Below, piece after piece: positions 1 through 9,700 of a stretch of 32,000 nt of DNA. The stretch's first letter is position 1, and the number at the start of each line of letters is the position of its first letter. Source of the DNA: an uncultured Lentisphaeria bacterium (lineage in GTDB: Bacteria > Verrucomicrobiota > Lentisphaeria > JABSQK01 > JAJFLO01). Location of the stretch: NCBI GenBank assembly GCA_951812855.1, contig OX638337.1:1915382-1947381 (forward strand), in the 5' to 3' direction. The notes under the pieces are model-generated. The model was given only the letters and a program-made list of their open reading frames with translations. It did no database searches and was not told the DNA's origin. The position numbers were made by a program, and so were the translations under genes.

Positions 1-1
1 G

Positions 2-670
2 ACCTTTAACCATTTTAGATACATCATCGGATTAATCTCTTTTTTTGAAAAAAATGAACTTAACATTCAACAAGTGCTGTCAAGCCTAAAATTTCTAAAA
101 AAATCGCAGAATGAAGCAAAAAATAAATATAGATTAGAACGTCAAATTCGAAACAAAATTCTCGGAAATATTCTAAGTAGAAAGTCTATTTCAAGTGAAC
201 TTAGCAATCTATTTTACAAATGTTACAGTCAATTAATTGCCCGGGATAGTATTAAACACAAATACAAACAATTTCATCAATTAATGAAATTGGCAAAGTT
301 ATATGAACCCATCATAAATTTTGGAGGGAATTTAGATATGAATAAAGAAATACAGGAAAAAGCTATTAAGCTAGGAATCTCTATTGGTATGGAAATATTA
401 AAATTTGAAAATAGTGAACGGAAACCGGGTAAAGACAAAGAAAATGCTCGACAAGGAAGAAAGTATGTGATTGGTTTGAACAAGTCTGGAACTCTGGAAA
501 AATTCTGCGAAGCGATTGTACGAATTCAGTCAAAGTATTGTTTGGTAATAAGTAAAGAATTGATACAAAATCTAAGTGAAAACAATTTTGAATGTGTCAG
601 AAATTTTGTAATAATAGGTGCATTGAATACAATCAACCCTGCATTACAGAATAAGCCCCAAAATGCATAA
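2..670 (+). CDS. cas8b: Type I large subunit (Cas8b/Cst1-like), C-terminal part; 5' end lies outside the window
   Basis: The frame of the 74..670 ORF has no stop codon between position 2 and 73, so the gene continues upstream and the GTG at 74 is not the real start. It sits directly 5' of cas7-cas5-cas3, where type I-B loci carry cas8b. No diagnostic motif recognised, so the call is by synteny only. Confidence 0.5.
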   Translation, partial: TFNHFRYIIGLISFFEKNELNIQQVLSSLKFLKKSQNEAKNKYRLERQIRNKILGNILSRKSISSELSNLFYKCYSQLIARDSIKHKYKQFHQLMKLAKLYEPIINFGGNLDMNKEIQEKAIKLGISIGMEILKFENSERKPGKDKENARQGRKYVIGLNKSGTLEKFCEAIVRIQSKYCLVISKELIQNLSENNFECVRNFVIIGALNTINPALQNKPQNA

Positions 671-715
671 CAACAAAATATATCGGTCTAAAACAATCAA
701 CCGGAGAAAGATAAA

Positions 716-1621
716 ATGTCAGAAAGAGAACTAAACGCAAACAGTATAACAATTACATACTTGTCAAAAGTAACTTTTGCCAGCCTTAATGGAGCAGATA
801 AGGACATTGATAACATCAATCCCATCAAAAAAATCACATTGGATGATGGCAAAGAATTACCTTATATTTCTTCGCAGGCCATTAGAAGAGCTCTGCGGAA
901 TTCTTTGATCGATGCAATGGGATTCGATAAATCAGGAGTTCAGCAAGCAAGTGCTGATAAAGGTGCTCCTAAAACTCAAATGAATCCGGCAAAATATATC
1001 GAAGATGACCTATTTGGTTATATGGATGCGTCACCGGGAAAAGATGGCGGACCAGGTAAATCAAAAATAAGGACTTCACCAATAAGAGTCGAATCTTTAG
1101 TTGCAATATCTGACTACAAAGGTGATTTAGATTATGCAACTAATTTTATGGGTAATAATGGGGGTGCTAATCCGAATATTTTTGAAACGGAAATTCATTC
1201 TGGTATTTATAGAGGCACCATATTAATTGAGCTTGACAGAATAGGTCGTGGACAAGGATTTGATGACAAAGACATCGACAATAAAAGAAGCAAAAAAAGA
1301 GTTTTAGCATTTCTTGATGCATTCAGAAACTTGTGGAGTAGTGGGAGACAGACAAGGTTCCTCGCTGATATTTCTCCTAAATTTGTAACTGCCGCTTTCA
1401 TGAAAGTGAAAAATCCGATTTTCCTAGAAGCTTTAAATGTCGTTGATAAAGGAAAGGTAAATATAACACAACTGAAAACCGTCACAGAAGATTATAAAAA
1501 ATTTATCAAAGACCATGTTTTTGCAAGTCAAGCAGCGATATTTGAAACAGATGAAAATGTCAATAGTTTGGATAAAGGTTTTTCTACTATCGAAGGCTGG
1601 ATAATAGATTATTATGAGTAA
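716..1621 (+). CDS. cas7: Cas7 backbone subunit, Cst2/DevR-like
   Basis: 301 aa. The N-terminal 'SLNGADKDIDN' loop followed by 'YISSQAIRRALRNSL' resembles the Cst2/DevR Cas7 signature. Its stop overlaps the cas5 ATG by 8 nt, and it lies between the cas8-like gene and cas5. Confidence 0.8.
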   Translation: MSERELNANSITITYLSKVTFASLNGADKDIDNINPIKKITLDDGKELPYISSQAIRRALRNSLIDAMGFDKSGVQQASADKGAPKTQMNPAKYIEDDLFGYMDASPGKDGGPGKSKIRTSPIRVESLVAISDYKGDLDYATNFMGNNGGANPNIFETEIHSGIYRGTILIELDRIGRGQGFDDKDIDNKRSKKRVLAFLDAFRNLWSSGRQTRFLADISPKFVTAAFMKVKNPIFLEALNVVDKGKVNITQLKTVTEDYKKFIKDHVFASQAAIFETDENVNSLDKGFSTIEGWIIDYYE

Positions 1622-2333
1622 TTTCATTTATTGTGCGATTGAAATAAATACCCAATCTTCAACCTTTAGAAATCCAGAATTCCAAAACTTTCACAAAACA
1701 CTCTTTTTGCCACCCCCTACAACCTTGATAGGAATTGCGGGGGCTGGTTTAGGGCTGAGCCCTAAGAGGATTCAGTGTTTTTTTGAAACAGGAATTTGGA
1801 AATTAGGTGTCTGGGGACGATCTGAAGGCATTGCTAAAGATTTGTGGAAATATGAAACACTAGATATTAAAAAGCCCAAAAGCATAATCCATAAAGAAAT
1901 TCTACATTCTAATCAATTTATATTGATATACGGCACGGATAGTCAAACAGCCATTAATAAAATTTCTGAAGCGTTTTTAAATCCAGTTTATGCATTAACT
2001 TTAGGGAATAGTGATTCCTTGGCAAAGGTATGCAATGTTCAAATAATAGAAGAAACATGTTCAAAAAACATATTACAAAATTGCCTAGTCGATGGCGATA
2101 TTATTAAAGAAGTTATAGAAAATACCTCAAATAATCTAGAGTTCTCAATTTACAATACTTCCGATCAAATAACTTATGATTTACCTGTGAAATTTTACTA
2201 TGAAAGTGATTATGGAATTCGAAATATTATTAAGAGGAAAAAATTATCTTTTATCGGTAAAAAAATGAAATTGAATCTCAAAAAACAGGGTGTGATTTAC
2301 AAAAATGAGTTTATACCTGTTTTTGATATTTAG
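1614..2333 (+). CDS. cas5: Cas5 (type I-B Cas5t/h-like)
   Basis: 239 aa. The N-terminal 'TFRNPEFQNFHKTLFLPPPTTLIGIAGAGLGL' matches the Cas5 pattern (F-R-x-P, then PP-S/T-T-L-x-G, then G-x-G). Position is between cas7 and cas3. Confidence 0.85.
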   Translation: MSNFIYCAIEINTQSSTFRNPEFQNFHKTLFLPPPTTLIGIAGAGLGLSPKRIQCFFETGIWKLGVWGRSEGIAKDLWKYETLDIKKPKSIIHKEILHSNQFILIYGTDSQTAINKISEAFLNPVYALTLGNSDSLAKVCNVQIIEETCSKNILQNCLVDGDIIKEVIENTSNNLEFSIYNTSDQITYDLPVKFYYESDYGIRNIIKRKKLSFIGKKMKLNLKKQGVIYKNEFIPVFDI

Positions 2334-2342
2334 AGAATTGAA

Positions 2343-4619
2343 ATGCTTGAAGACATATTAGCGAAAAGTCATCCCAGGGAAACATTAATTCAGCATACCG
2401 AAAATATTATATCAAAATGGGAGGAGCTGAGAAGGCGGTATTCAAGTATTATACTATGCAATGATAAATTTTGGCAACAGTCTTTTTTTTCAGTCTTATT
2501 TCATGATTTCGGTAAAATCGCCGGAAATTTCCAATTTAATATTCACAAAAGCTTAACAAAAGAAAATCAATTATTATTATTAAGGGGAAAATTTATCCCT
2601 GGGTTATCATTGGATAATAATAATAATAATATCCGACATGAGTTTTTATCCGGACTTTTTTTACTCTATTCAAATCCCGATTTCTATAAAAAATCGCCTC
2701 TTGTTGTAATGGCTATATTTAGCCATCACAAACCTTTAGTAGATACAATATTTCAAGATGATCGTTTTAAGAAATTAATAATAAACCAAGATGATATTGA
2801 TAAACTAATTTCATTCTGTTTAGAAAAAGCTAAAACCAAAAAATTTCCAATTGTAATCAATCCAGACCTGGCTCAAACTTTTTGTTCAACCTCTTTGGAA
2901 GAACATTATTCCAACTTCCTGAAAAAATGGAGCTTTAAGAGCCTATTTACAGAACTTGAGCAGAAAGATCGCAGAGTATATATTTGTTATAAAGCAATGC
3001 TATGCATAGCTGACTGGCTTGCATCCGGGGATAACAAACTACCTGTTAATCTTGAATATGATCCTATCTCGTTAAAATCTAAGATTATCAAAAAGTTGAA
3101 AACTGAAAATAAAATTGAAACTTCTAATGCATTTGAATATAAAAAGTTTCAGCTTGCCAGTTTAAGAAATTCAAGTGTTCTTGCTATTGCTCCAACGGGT
3201 AGTGGAAAAACAGAAGCAGCTTTATTATGGGCTTCGCAAAAAAAAAGTATTGAGAAAATTATATTTTTATTGCCCACCCGCGTCACATCAAATGCAATGT
3301 ACCGCAGATTGAAATATTATTTTGGGCATAACAATACAGCAGTTGTCCATTCTTCAGCATACTTAACTCAAAAAGAATTGGATGATGGTTTTAATAAATT
3401 TAACTACCTCCAGGACAAAACATTTTTTAAAAACATTACTGTCTGCACAATTGACCAAGTGCTGTCTATAGGTTTCAATGTAGGATATTGGGAAATTAAA
3501 ACATTCCACCTGAATAATGCAAGAATAATTATAGATGAAATTCATCTATACAGCCCTTATACATTAGGCTTAATAATCGCAACTATAAGTTATTTGAGTA
3601 AAGAATGTAATGCATTGTTTTACATTATGTCTGCGACAATGCCGGAAAAACTGAAAGGCTTACTATCCAATACTTTTAGGGCTATCGGCTCAAAATTTCA
3701 GGTAATTGAAGACAATGAACTGCTGAAAGATAAAAGAAATAAATTTTTTATTAAAAACTGTTATGTTGATGAACTAGAAACAGAAATATTAGAAGAATTA
3801 AATAGAAAGAAAAAGGTCTTGTTAGTAGTCAATACAGTAGATGAAGCAATAAGACTTTTTAGAAAATTTAATATGCAACATGGATATAAAACGATATGTT
3901 ATCATTCAAGATTTATTCAATCTGACAAAGTAGAAAAAGAAAGACAAATTCTTTCCCATAATCAACAATCAATTTTATTAATTGCTACACAAGTCGTCGA
4001 AGTTTCTTTAGATATTGATTTTGACATTTTATTCTCTGAAAATGCACCCATCGATGCAATTGTTCAACGTGCCGGCCGTGTAAATCGAGTTGGGAAAAAA
4101 TATGGAACGAAGGTCATAATCTTCAAACATAATGAGATTTCAGAAAAGATCTACGATATAGCGAATGTTATGGCGAATACATTTGAATCGTTATTGCAGA
4201 GAGACGGAGAAGAATTATCAAACCTTGAGTTAAACGAATTAGTTAATCATGTTTATCGGGATGTAGAAATCGAATCCAGTGAAAATTACAGAGATGGATT
4301 AAATAGTTATGAAAAGGTTCAAAGGCGTTTGCATTATATTAAGGATAACGTAAATATTGATGATGTTTACACTCGAGAGGGGTTAGATACAATCAATGTA
4401 ATTCCTTCAATGTTTGAAGAACAATTACACAATGCGGAATTAAACGAAAAAGCTAAGTACGAAATAGCCATCAATTTAAGGCGATTCAGAATGTTGGAAT
4501 CGTTGGAGAAATCATCTAAAGATAAAATACACGGATGGATAAACTATGTTGATTGCGAATATAATGCAGATATTGGTTTTGATTTAAATATAGAAAATGA
4601 ATCAACAATGTTCACTTAA
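2343..4619 (+). CDS. cas3: Cas3 HD nuclease / SF2 helicase fusion
   Basis: 758 aa. HD-domain motifs LFHDFGK, IRHEF, FSHHK and IADWLAS. Helicase motif I APTGSGKTEAA, motif II IIDEIH, motif III SAT, motif VI QRAGRVNR. Confidence 0.95.
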   Translation: MLEDILAKSHPRETLIQHTENIISKWEELRRRYSSIILCNDKFWQQSFFSVLFHDFGKIAGNFQFNIHKSLTKENQLLLLRGKFIPGLSLDNNNNNIRHEFLSGLFLLYSNPDFYKKSPLVVMAIFSHHKPLVDTIFQDDRFKKLIINQDDIDKLISFCLEKAKTKKFPIVINPDLAQTFCSTSLEEHYSNFLKKWSFKSLFTELEQKDRRVYICYKAMLCIADWLASGDNKLPVNLEYDPISLKSKIIKKLKTENKIETSNAFEYKKFQLASLRNSSVLAIAPTGSGKTEAALLWASQKKSIEKIIFLLPTRVTSNAMYRRLKYYFGHNNTAVVHSSAYLTQKELDDGFNKFNYLQDKTFFKNITVCTIDQVLSIGFNVGYWEIKTFHLNNARIIIDEIHLYSPYTLGLIIATISYLSKECNALFYIMSATMPEKLKGLLSNTFRAIGSKFQVIEDNELLKDKRNKFFIKNCYVDELETEILEELNRKKKVLLVVNTVDEAIRLFRKFNMQHGYKTICYHSRFIQSDKVEKERQILSHNQQSILLIATQVVEVSLDIDFDILFSENAPIDAIVQRAGRVNRVGKKYGTKVIIFKHNEISEKIYDIANVMANTFESLLQRDGEELSNLELNELVNHVYRDVEIESSENYRDGLNSYEKVQRRLHYIKDNVNIDDVYTREGLDTINVIPSMFEEQLHNAELNEKAKYEIAINLRRFRMLESLEKSSKDKIHGWINYVDCEYNADIGFDLNIENESTMFT

Positions 4620-5212
4620 TGAATGAATCTAATTTATTCCTAACTCCATCTCATTTATTGGAATATTTATATTGCCCTCGATTCACGTATTATGAATATG
4701 CCTTGAATATTCCTCAACGGGAGGAAAAGCGTTACAAGGTTCAAAAAGGCAAAGATATTCATGAGATTAGAAAGAAGGTTAATGCAGGTTATTTGCGTAA
4801 AAAACTTGGAGTTGTTAAAAAGGAATCAGATGTAGAGTTGAATTGTCCGGACCTTCAATTAAGGGGGAAAGTCGATGATTTACTCTATTTAGATGACGGG
4901 ACTATGGCCCCGTTTGATTATAAGTATGCAGAATTTAAGCAGCGATTGTGGAAAACATTTAGAGTACAGGAAACTCTTTATGCCCTGATGATCAATCATA
5001 TTTATAAGGTTGAGGTAACCCGTGCAATCCTTTGTTTCACACGATCAAAATATAAGATTGTTGAACTGGAATTGAAAGAAAAGGATTATCTATTTGCGAA
5101 AGTGAGTCTGGATAATTGTCTGGAAATAATTCAAAATGGTATTTACCCTGAACCGACGTCGGTCCGGGAACGGTGTAGGGATTGTGCATATAAAAATATT
5201 TGTATACAATAA
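4619..5212 (+). CDS. cas4: Cas4 RecB-like exonuclease with Fe-S cysteines
   Basis: 197 aa. N-terminal Cys (YCPRF), PD-(D/E)xK-like 'VDDLLYLDDGTMAPFDYKY', and a C-terminal cysteine cluster CRDCAYKNIC. The ATG overlaps the cas3 stop (TAATG). Confidence 0.9.
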   Translation: MNESNLFLTPSHLLEYLYCPRFTYYEYALNIPQREEKRYKVQKGKDIHEIRKKVNAGYLRKKLGVVKKESDVELNCPDLQLRGKVDDLLYLDDGTMAPFDYKYAEFKQRLWKTFRVQETLYALMINHIYKVEVTRAILCFTRSKYKIVELELKEKDYLFAKVSLDNCLEIIQNGIYPEPTSVRERCRDCAYKNICIQ

Positions 5213-5214
5213 TT

Positions 5215-6270
5215 ATGCAATTAGTCATTAATTCATTTGGTGCAAGTTTAAATCGAAATGGCGAACTGTTCAAAATAGTGGTTGCTGACAGGAAAGTTGA
5301 AGTTGCAGCTCGAAAAATACAATCAATTCTGATTACCACCAGCGTTCATTTTACAAGTGATGCAATATTACTGGCAATCGAACATAATATTGATGTTGTA
5401 CTGCTTGATAAGTATGGTAAGCCATTTGGTCGATTTTGGAATGGAACAATGGGAAGTACATCAGCTATTCGACGGCATCAACTGAAAATGGCTGAAAGTT
5501 ATAGCGGGTTATTAGTCATTAAAGAGTGGACGAAGATTAAATTAGAGAATCAGAAAGAATTTCTATTAGAACTGCAAAGACGACGTCCCGGGAAAGATGC
5601 TTTGTTTATACCAAATATCAATCGGATCGAAAACGCGATTGTTAACCTTGAATCAGTTGATGGGACACCATTGGAATCGGCACAAAAAATAATGGGTCTT
5701 GAAGGAACGGCAGGAGCGGCCTATTGGTCGGTAATTGGTCAATTGCCACCCGGGGAATTTCAGACAAAAAAGCGTTCTAAACATCCGGCACTTGACCCTT
5801 TGAACGCAATGATAAATTATGGATACGGTGTCTTATATGCAAAAGTAGAACGTGCTTGTATTATCGCCGGCCTTGATCCCTACACAGGGTTTGTCCATAC
5901 AGATAATTATAATAAAAAATCTCTTGTTTTTGATCTTATCGAACTATTTCGAATTTTTGTAGATCGAACAGTACTAAAGCTTTTTACAGGCAGACGATGT
6001 AAAAAGCAGATGTTCAGAAAAGATTCATCCGGCGCTGTCATTTTAGAAAAAGACGCAAAAGAACTCTTATTAAATAATCTGAATGAATATTTAGCAGAAA
6101 AAGTGCGCTATAAAGTGAAATCCTCTAAAAAAAACAAAACACGTCAAATTAAGCGATTGGATACAATTCAATCGGAAGCACATACACTGGCCAATCGCAT
6201 TTTAGGTAAAGACATAAATCACATTCCTAAAATTATTGGGATTGAGGAATTATTTCAGGAAACATCTTAA
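5215..6270 (+). CDS. cas1: Cas1 integrase
   Basis: The ORF opens at 5200, but the ATG at 5215, just after the cas4 stop at 5210-5212, gives the typical Cas1 N-terminus MQLVINSFGASL. Conserved blocks GLEGTAGAAYW, NAMINYGYGVLY and GFVHTDN..SLVFDLIELFR are present. Confidence 0.95.
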   Translation: MQLVINSFGASLNRNGELFKIVVADRKVEVAARKIQSILITTSVHFTSDAILLAIEHNIDVVLLDKYGKPFGRFWNGTMGSTSAIRRHQLKMAESYSGLLVIKEWTKIKLENQKEFLLELQRRRPGKDALFIPNINRIENAIVNLESVDGTPLESAQKIMGLEGTAGAAYWSVIGQLPPGEFQTKKRSKHPALDPLNAMINYGYGVLYAKVERACIIAGLDPYTGFVHTDNYNKKSLVFDLIELFRIFVDRTVLKLFTGRRCKKQMFRKDSSGAVILEKDAKELLLNNLNEYLAEKVRYKVKSSKKNKTRQIKRLDTIQSEAHTLANRILGKDINHIPKIIGIEELFQETS

Positions 6271-6286
6271 AAGAGTTAAGTTTATC

Positions 6287-6577
6287 ATGCTTGTTTGGAT
6301 TATATATGATATATCCTCAGATCGCGACCGCACTAAAATTGTGAAGTTTTGCAGGGAATGTGGCTTAATCCGCGTTCAATACAGTGTGTTTTTTGGAAAT
6401 ATCCCTAAAAATGCGGTTGATACAATTGCTGAGAAAAGTAAAGATTTAATAGATGTAAAAACAGATGGTGTATTTATTATACCTATCTCTGAGGACGATT
6501 TTGAAAAGAAAATAATGATTGGCAAAAATTTTGATGAAGATTTTGCAACAGGTAAACAGCAAACTTTAATTCTTTAA
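6287..6577 (+). CDS. cas2: Cas2
   Basis: The ORF opens at 6236 and overlaps cas1. The ATG at 6287 gives a 96-aa protein starting MLVWIIYDISSDRDRTKI (beta-1 strand with the conserved Asp), then 'QYSVFFG'. Size and position, last cas gene before the leader, are typical. Confidence 0.9.
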   Translation: MLVWIIYDISSDRDRTKIVKFCRECGLIRVQYSVFFGNIPKNAVDTIAEKSKDLIDVKTDGVFIIPISEDDFEKKIMIGKNFDEDFATGKQQTLIL

Positions 6578-6794
6578 CGTTAAACTTTAACTGTTGCTTT
6601 ATACTTAATTATTTTTATTGAATGCTGTAAAATTCAAAACTCATTGCATTTTAGTATGTTACATTGTTAAAAATGATGCAGGAAAGAGGTAATATTATAT
6701 GAATACTATTTGTTCTATAAGTTTTTCTTCTAAGATTTGCTATCAAGAATTCAGTGTTAATATAATATTTTCATTGTCTTACACTACAAAGATA
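6578..6794 (+). promoter_or_regulatory. CRISPR leader (AT-rich, between cas2 stop and first repeat)
   Basis: 217 bp of very AT-rich non-coding sequence directly upstream of repeat 1. Array orientation is fixed by the repeat 3' end ATTGAAAC, the usual 8-nt crRNA 5' handle of type I-B-like repeats. Confidence 0.75.
6737..6766 (+). promoter_or_regulatory. Candidate sigma-70 promoter for pre-crRNA
   Basis: TTGCTA (6737-6742), 18-nt spacer, TATAAT (6761-6766). This places a start site about 20-25 nt before repeat 1 at 6795. Motif match only. Confidence 0.4.
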
Positions 6795-9700
6795 CTTTAA
6801 GAACAACATCCAAAACAACAAGGATTGAAACTGATGACTATCGTTTGTTTGCTCCATTAGTTAAGTTCTTTAAGAACAACATCCAAAACAACAAGGATTG
6901 AAACTTGATTCACTGTTGTTTCGTGCCAGAATCCATACCCTCTTTAAGAACAACATCCAAAACAACAAGGATTGAAACTCTGCACAGACTTAAATGTCTC
7001 TCCATCAATTAATACTTTAAGAACAACATCCAAAACAACAAGGATTGAAACTTCATATTCATCAGCATAACAATGTTTTCGCCTTTTGCTTTAAGAACAA
7101 CATCCAAAACAACAAGGATTGAAACTTCTCCATCCATAGCCGGTATCAGATATGTATATGCTCTTTAAGAACAACATCCAAAACAACAAGGATTGAAACT
7201 TCTCCATCCATAGCCGGTATCAGATATGTATATGCTCTTTAAGAACAACATCCAAAACAACAAGGATTGAAACTTGGGTGGGGTGGATGGCATGTGATGC
7301 GATTATCTGCTTTAAGAACAACATCCAAAACAACAAGGATTGAAACGGGCGGTTCCGGGGGTCGGATTCCAAGACCGGCAAGCTCTTTAAGAACAACATC
7401 CAAAACAACAAGGATTGAAACCGTCACGCAGATTGCCACCTTAATTTTCCCCCATCTTCTTTAAGAACAACATCCAAAACAACAAGGATTGAAACTTAAG
7501 GGGGAACTGGCAGGCAACAACACCTGAACCGGCTTTAAGAACAACATCCAAAACAACAAGGATTGAAACGGGCGGTTCCGGAGGTCGGATTCCAAGGAAA
7601 GTACTCTTTAAGAACAACATCCAAAACAACAAGGATTGAAACGGGCGGTTCCGGCGGTCGGATTCCAAGGAAACTTTAAGCTTTAAGAACAACATCCAAA
7701 ACAACAAGGATTGAAACCTGATATCGTATGCTTTCCATCCTTGCGCTATCATTCTTTAAGAACAACATCCAAAACAACAAGGATTGAAACTCTCATTGTA
7801 ATATACAGACGGAAATCTAACTAACACTTTAAGAACAACATCCAAAACAACAAGGATTGAAACTTATTGCAGAAAATAGCGATACCGGTGTACATTCCTG
7901 CTTTAAGAACAACATCCAAAACAACAAGGATTGAAACTAATATTCCAATTAAACTCAGTCGGGGGGTGGATAGACTTTAAGAACAACATCCAAAACAACA
8001 AGGATTGAAACTCCGCCTGTATTATCATTGTTTTCAATTCAAATGACTTTAAGAACAACATCCAAAACAACAAGGATTGAAACGTGCCTTTTCTGACCCC
8101 ATAATAATAGAGAAATCATCTTTAAGAACAACATCCAAAACAACAAGGATTGAAACCAAGGTACATGGAAGTTGATAGGAGATGATGGATATCTTTAAGA
8201 ACAACATCCAAAACAACAAGGATTGAAACTACAACAAGGACACAATGGTAGTTAACCGTAACGGCGCTTTAAGAACAACATCCAAAACAACAAGGATTGA
8301 AACTTGGTCATCTTGAGGACAGGTTTGCTAATCTTAAGCGCTTTAAGAACAACATCCAAAACAACAAGGATTGAAACCCTTCAGCAAGTTCTGTGGCTTT
8401 ATCAGCTCGAGCTCTTTAAGAACAACATCCAAAACAACAAGGATTGAAACCTGCTGGTTTCGACGCTGGTGTAGGTCGTGTTGGGCTTTAAGAACAACAT
8501 CCAAAACAACAAGGATTGAAACCCGTCAGCTCCGGCATACCACCATTCCTCCTCTCTGCTTTAAGAACAACATCCAAAACAACAAGGATTGAAACGTACT
8601 TCCACCCACTCATACTCACTGTCCCTGTCCGACTTTAAGAACAACATCCAAAACAACAAGGATTGAAACCAGAAAAAATATCTGCGATAACCGGTTCAAG
8701 TACAGCTTTAAGAACAACATCCAAAACAACAAGGATTGAAACTTCTCTGCGCGACCGGCTGGTGCGTTCCAGGTACTCTTTAAGAACAACATCCAAAACA
8801 ACAAGGATTGAAACCTACCATATCGATAATGACATGGAGCGAGTGATGAAAACTTTAAGAACAACATCCAAAACAACAAGGATTGAAACCAGATAATCGC
8901 ATCACATGCCATCCAACAACACCAATCTTTAAGAACAACATCCAAAACAACAAGGATTGAAACCCGTCAGCTCCGGCATACCACCATTCCTCCTCTCTGC
9001 TTTAAGAACAACATCCAAAACAACAAGGATTGAAACCAGTCGAGAGGGCAGGCTGGTTCAACTCGATTTAGTCTTTAAGAACAACATCCAAAACAACAAG
9101 GATTGAAACGCACGCCGATTGCTGTACGTTTCGGACCCGATGACGCCTTTAAGAACAACATCCAAAACAACAAGGATTGAAACTGGTTGAGATTTGCTAC
9201 AGAACCAAGCTGAATTGGTACTTTAAGAACAACATCCAAAACAACAAGGATTGAAACGCCCTGCTGAATTGGACGCTCTCATTGACGAGTACAACTTTAA
9301 GAACAACATCCAAAACAACAAGGATTGAAACCTTTTTCTGCTTATCCTTATCAGCCTTACTATCCAAACTTTAAGAACAACATCCAAAACAACAAGGATT
9401 GAAACGATGCTGATAATTGGGACACTCATGTTACCCAGGATAAGCTTTAAGAACAACATCCAAAACAACAAGGATTGAAACTTTATGTATTTCCCAATAT
9501 AACCTGCCATTTGCTCGGCTTTAAGAACAACATCCAAAACAACAAGGATTGAAACTTCATACGTATCCTCCGGTTTCTCGAGCACCAACTCACGCTTTAA
9601 GAACAACATCCAAAACAACAAGGATTGAAACACGGCGTTAGAGCCACTGCCCGATATCATGACGCGCTTTAAGAACAACATCCAAAACAACAAGGATTGA

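Noticed and set aside
277-5339. Antisense or overlapping short ORFs inside cas genes (277..483-, 1207..1485-, 1433..1627-, 3363..3545-, 5037..5339-)
   Set aside because: They are fully embedded opposite well-supported cas CDSs, have low-complexity AT-rich codon content, and show no motifs or ribosome-binding sites.
8230-8240. Spacer 20 begins T-ACAACAAGGA, a 10-nt match to repeat positions 21-30
   Set aside because: The match is short and could arise by chance among 48 spacers. There is no accompanying repeat truncation or length anomaly (the spacer is 37 nt).
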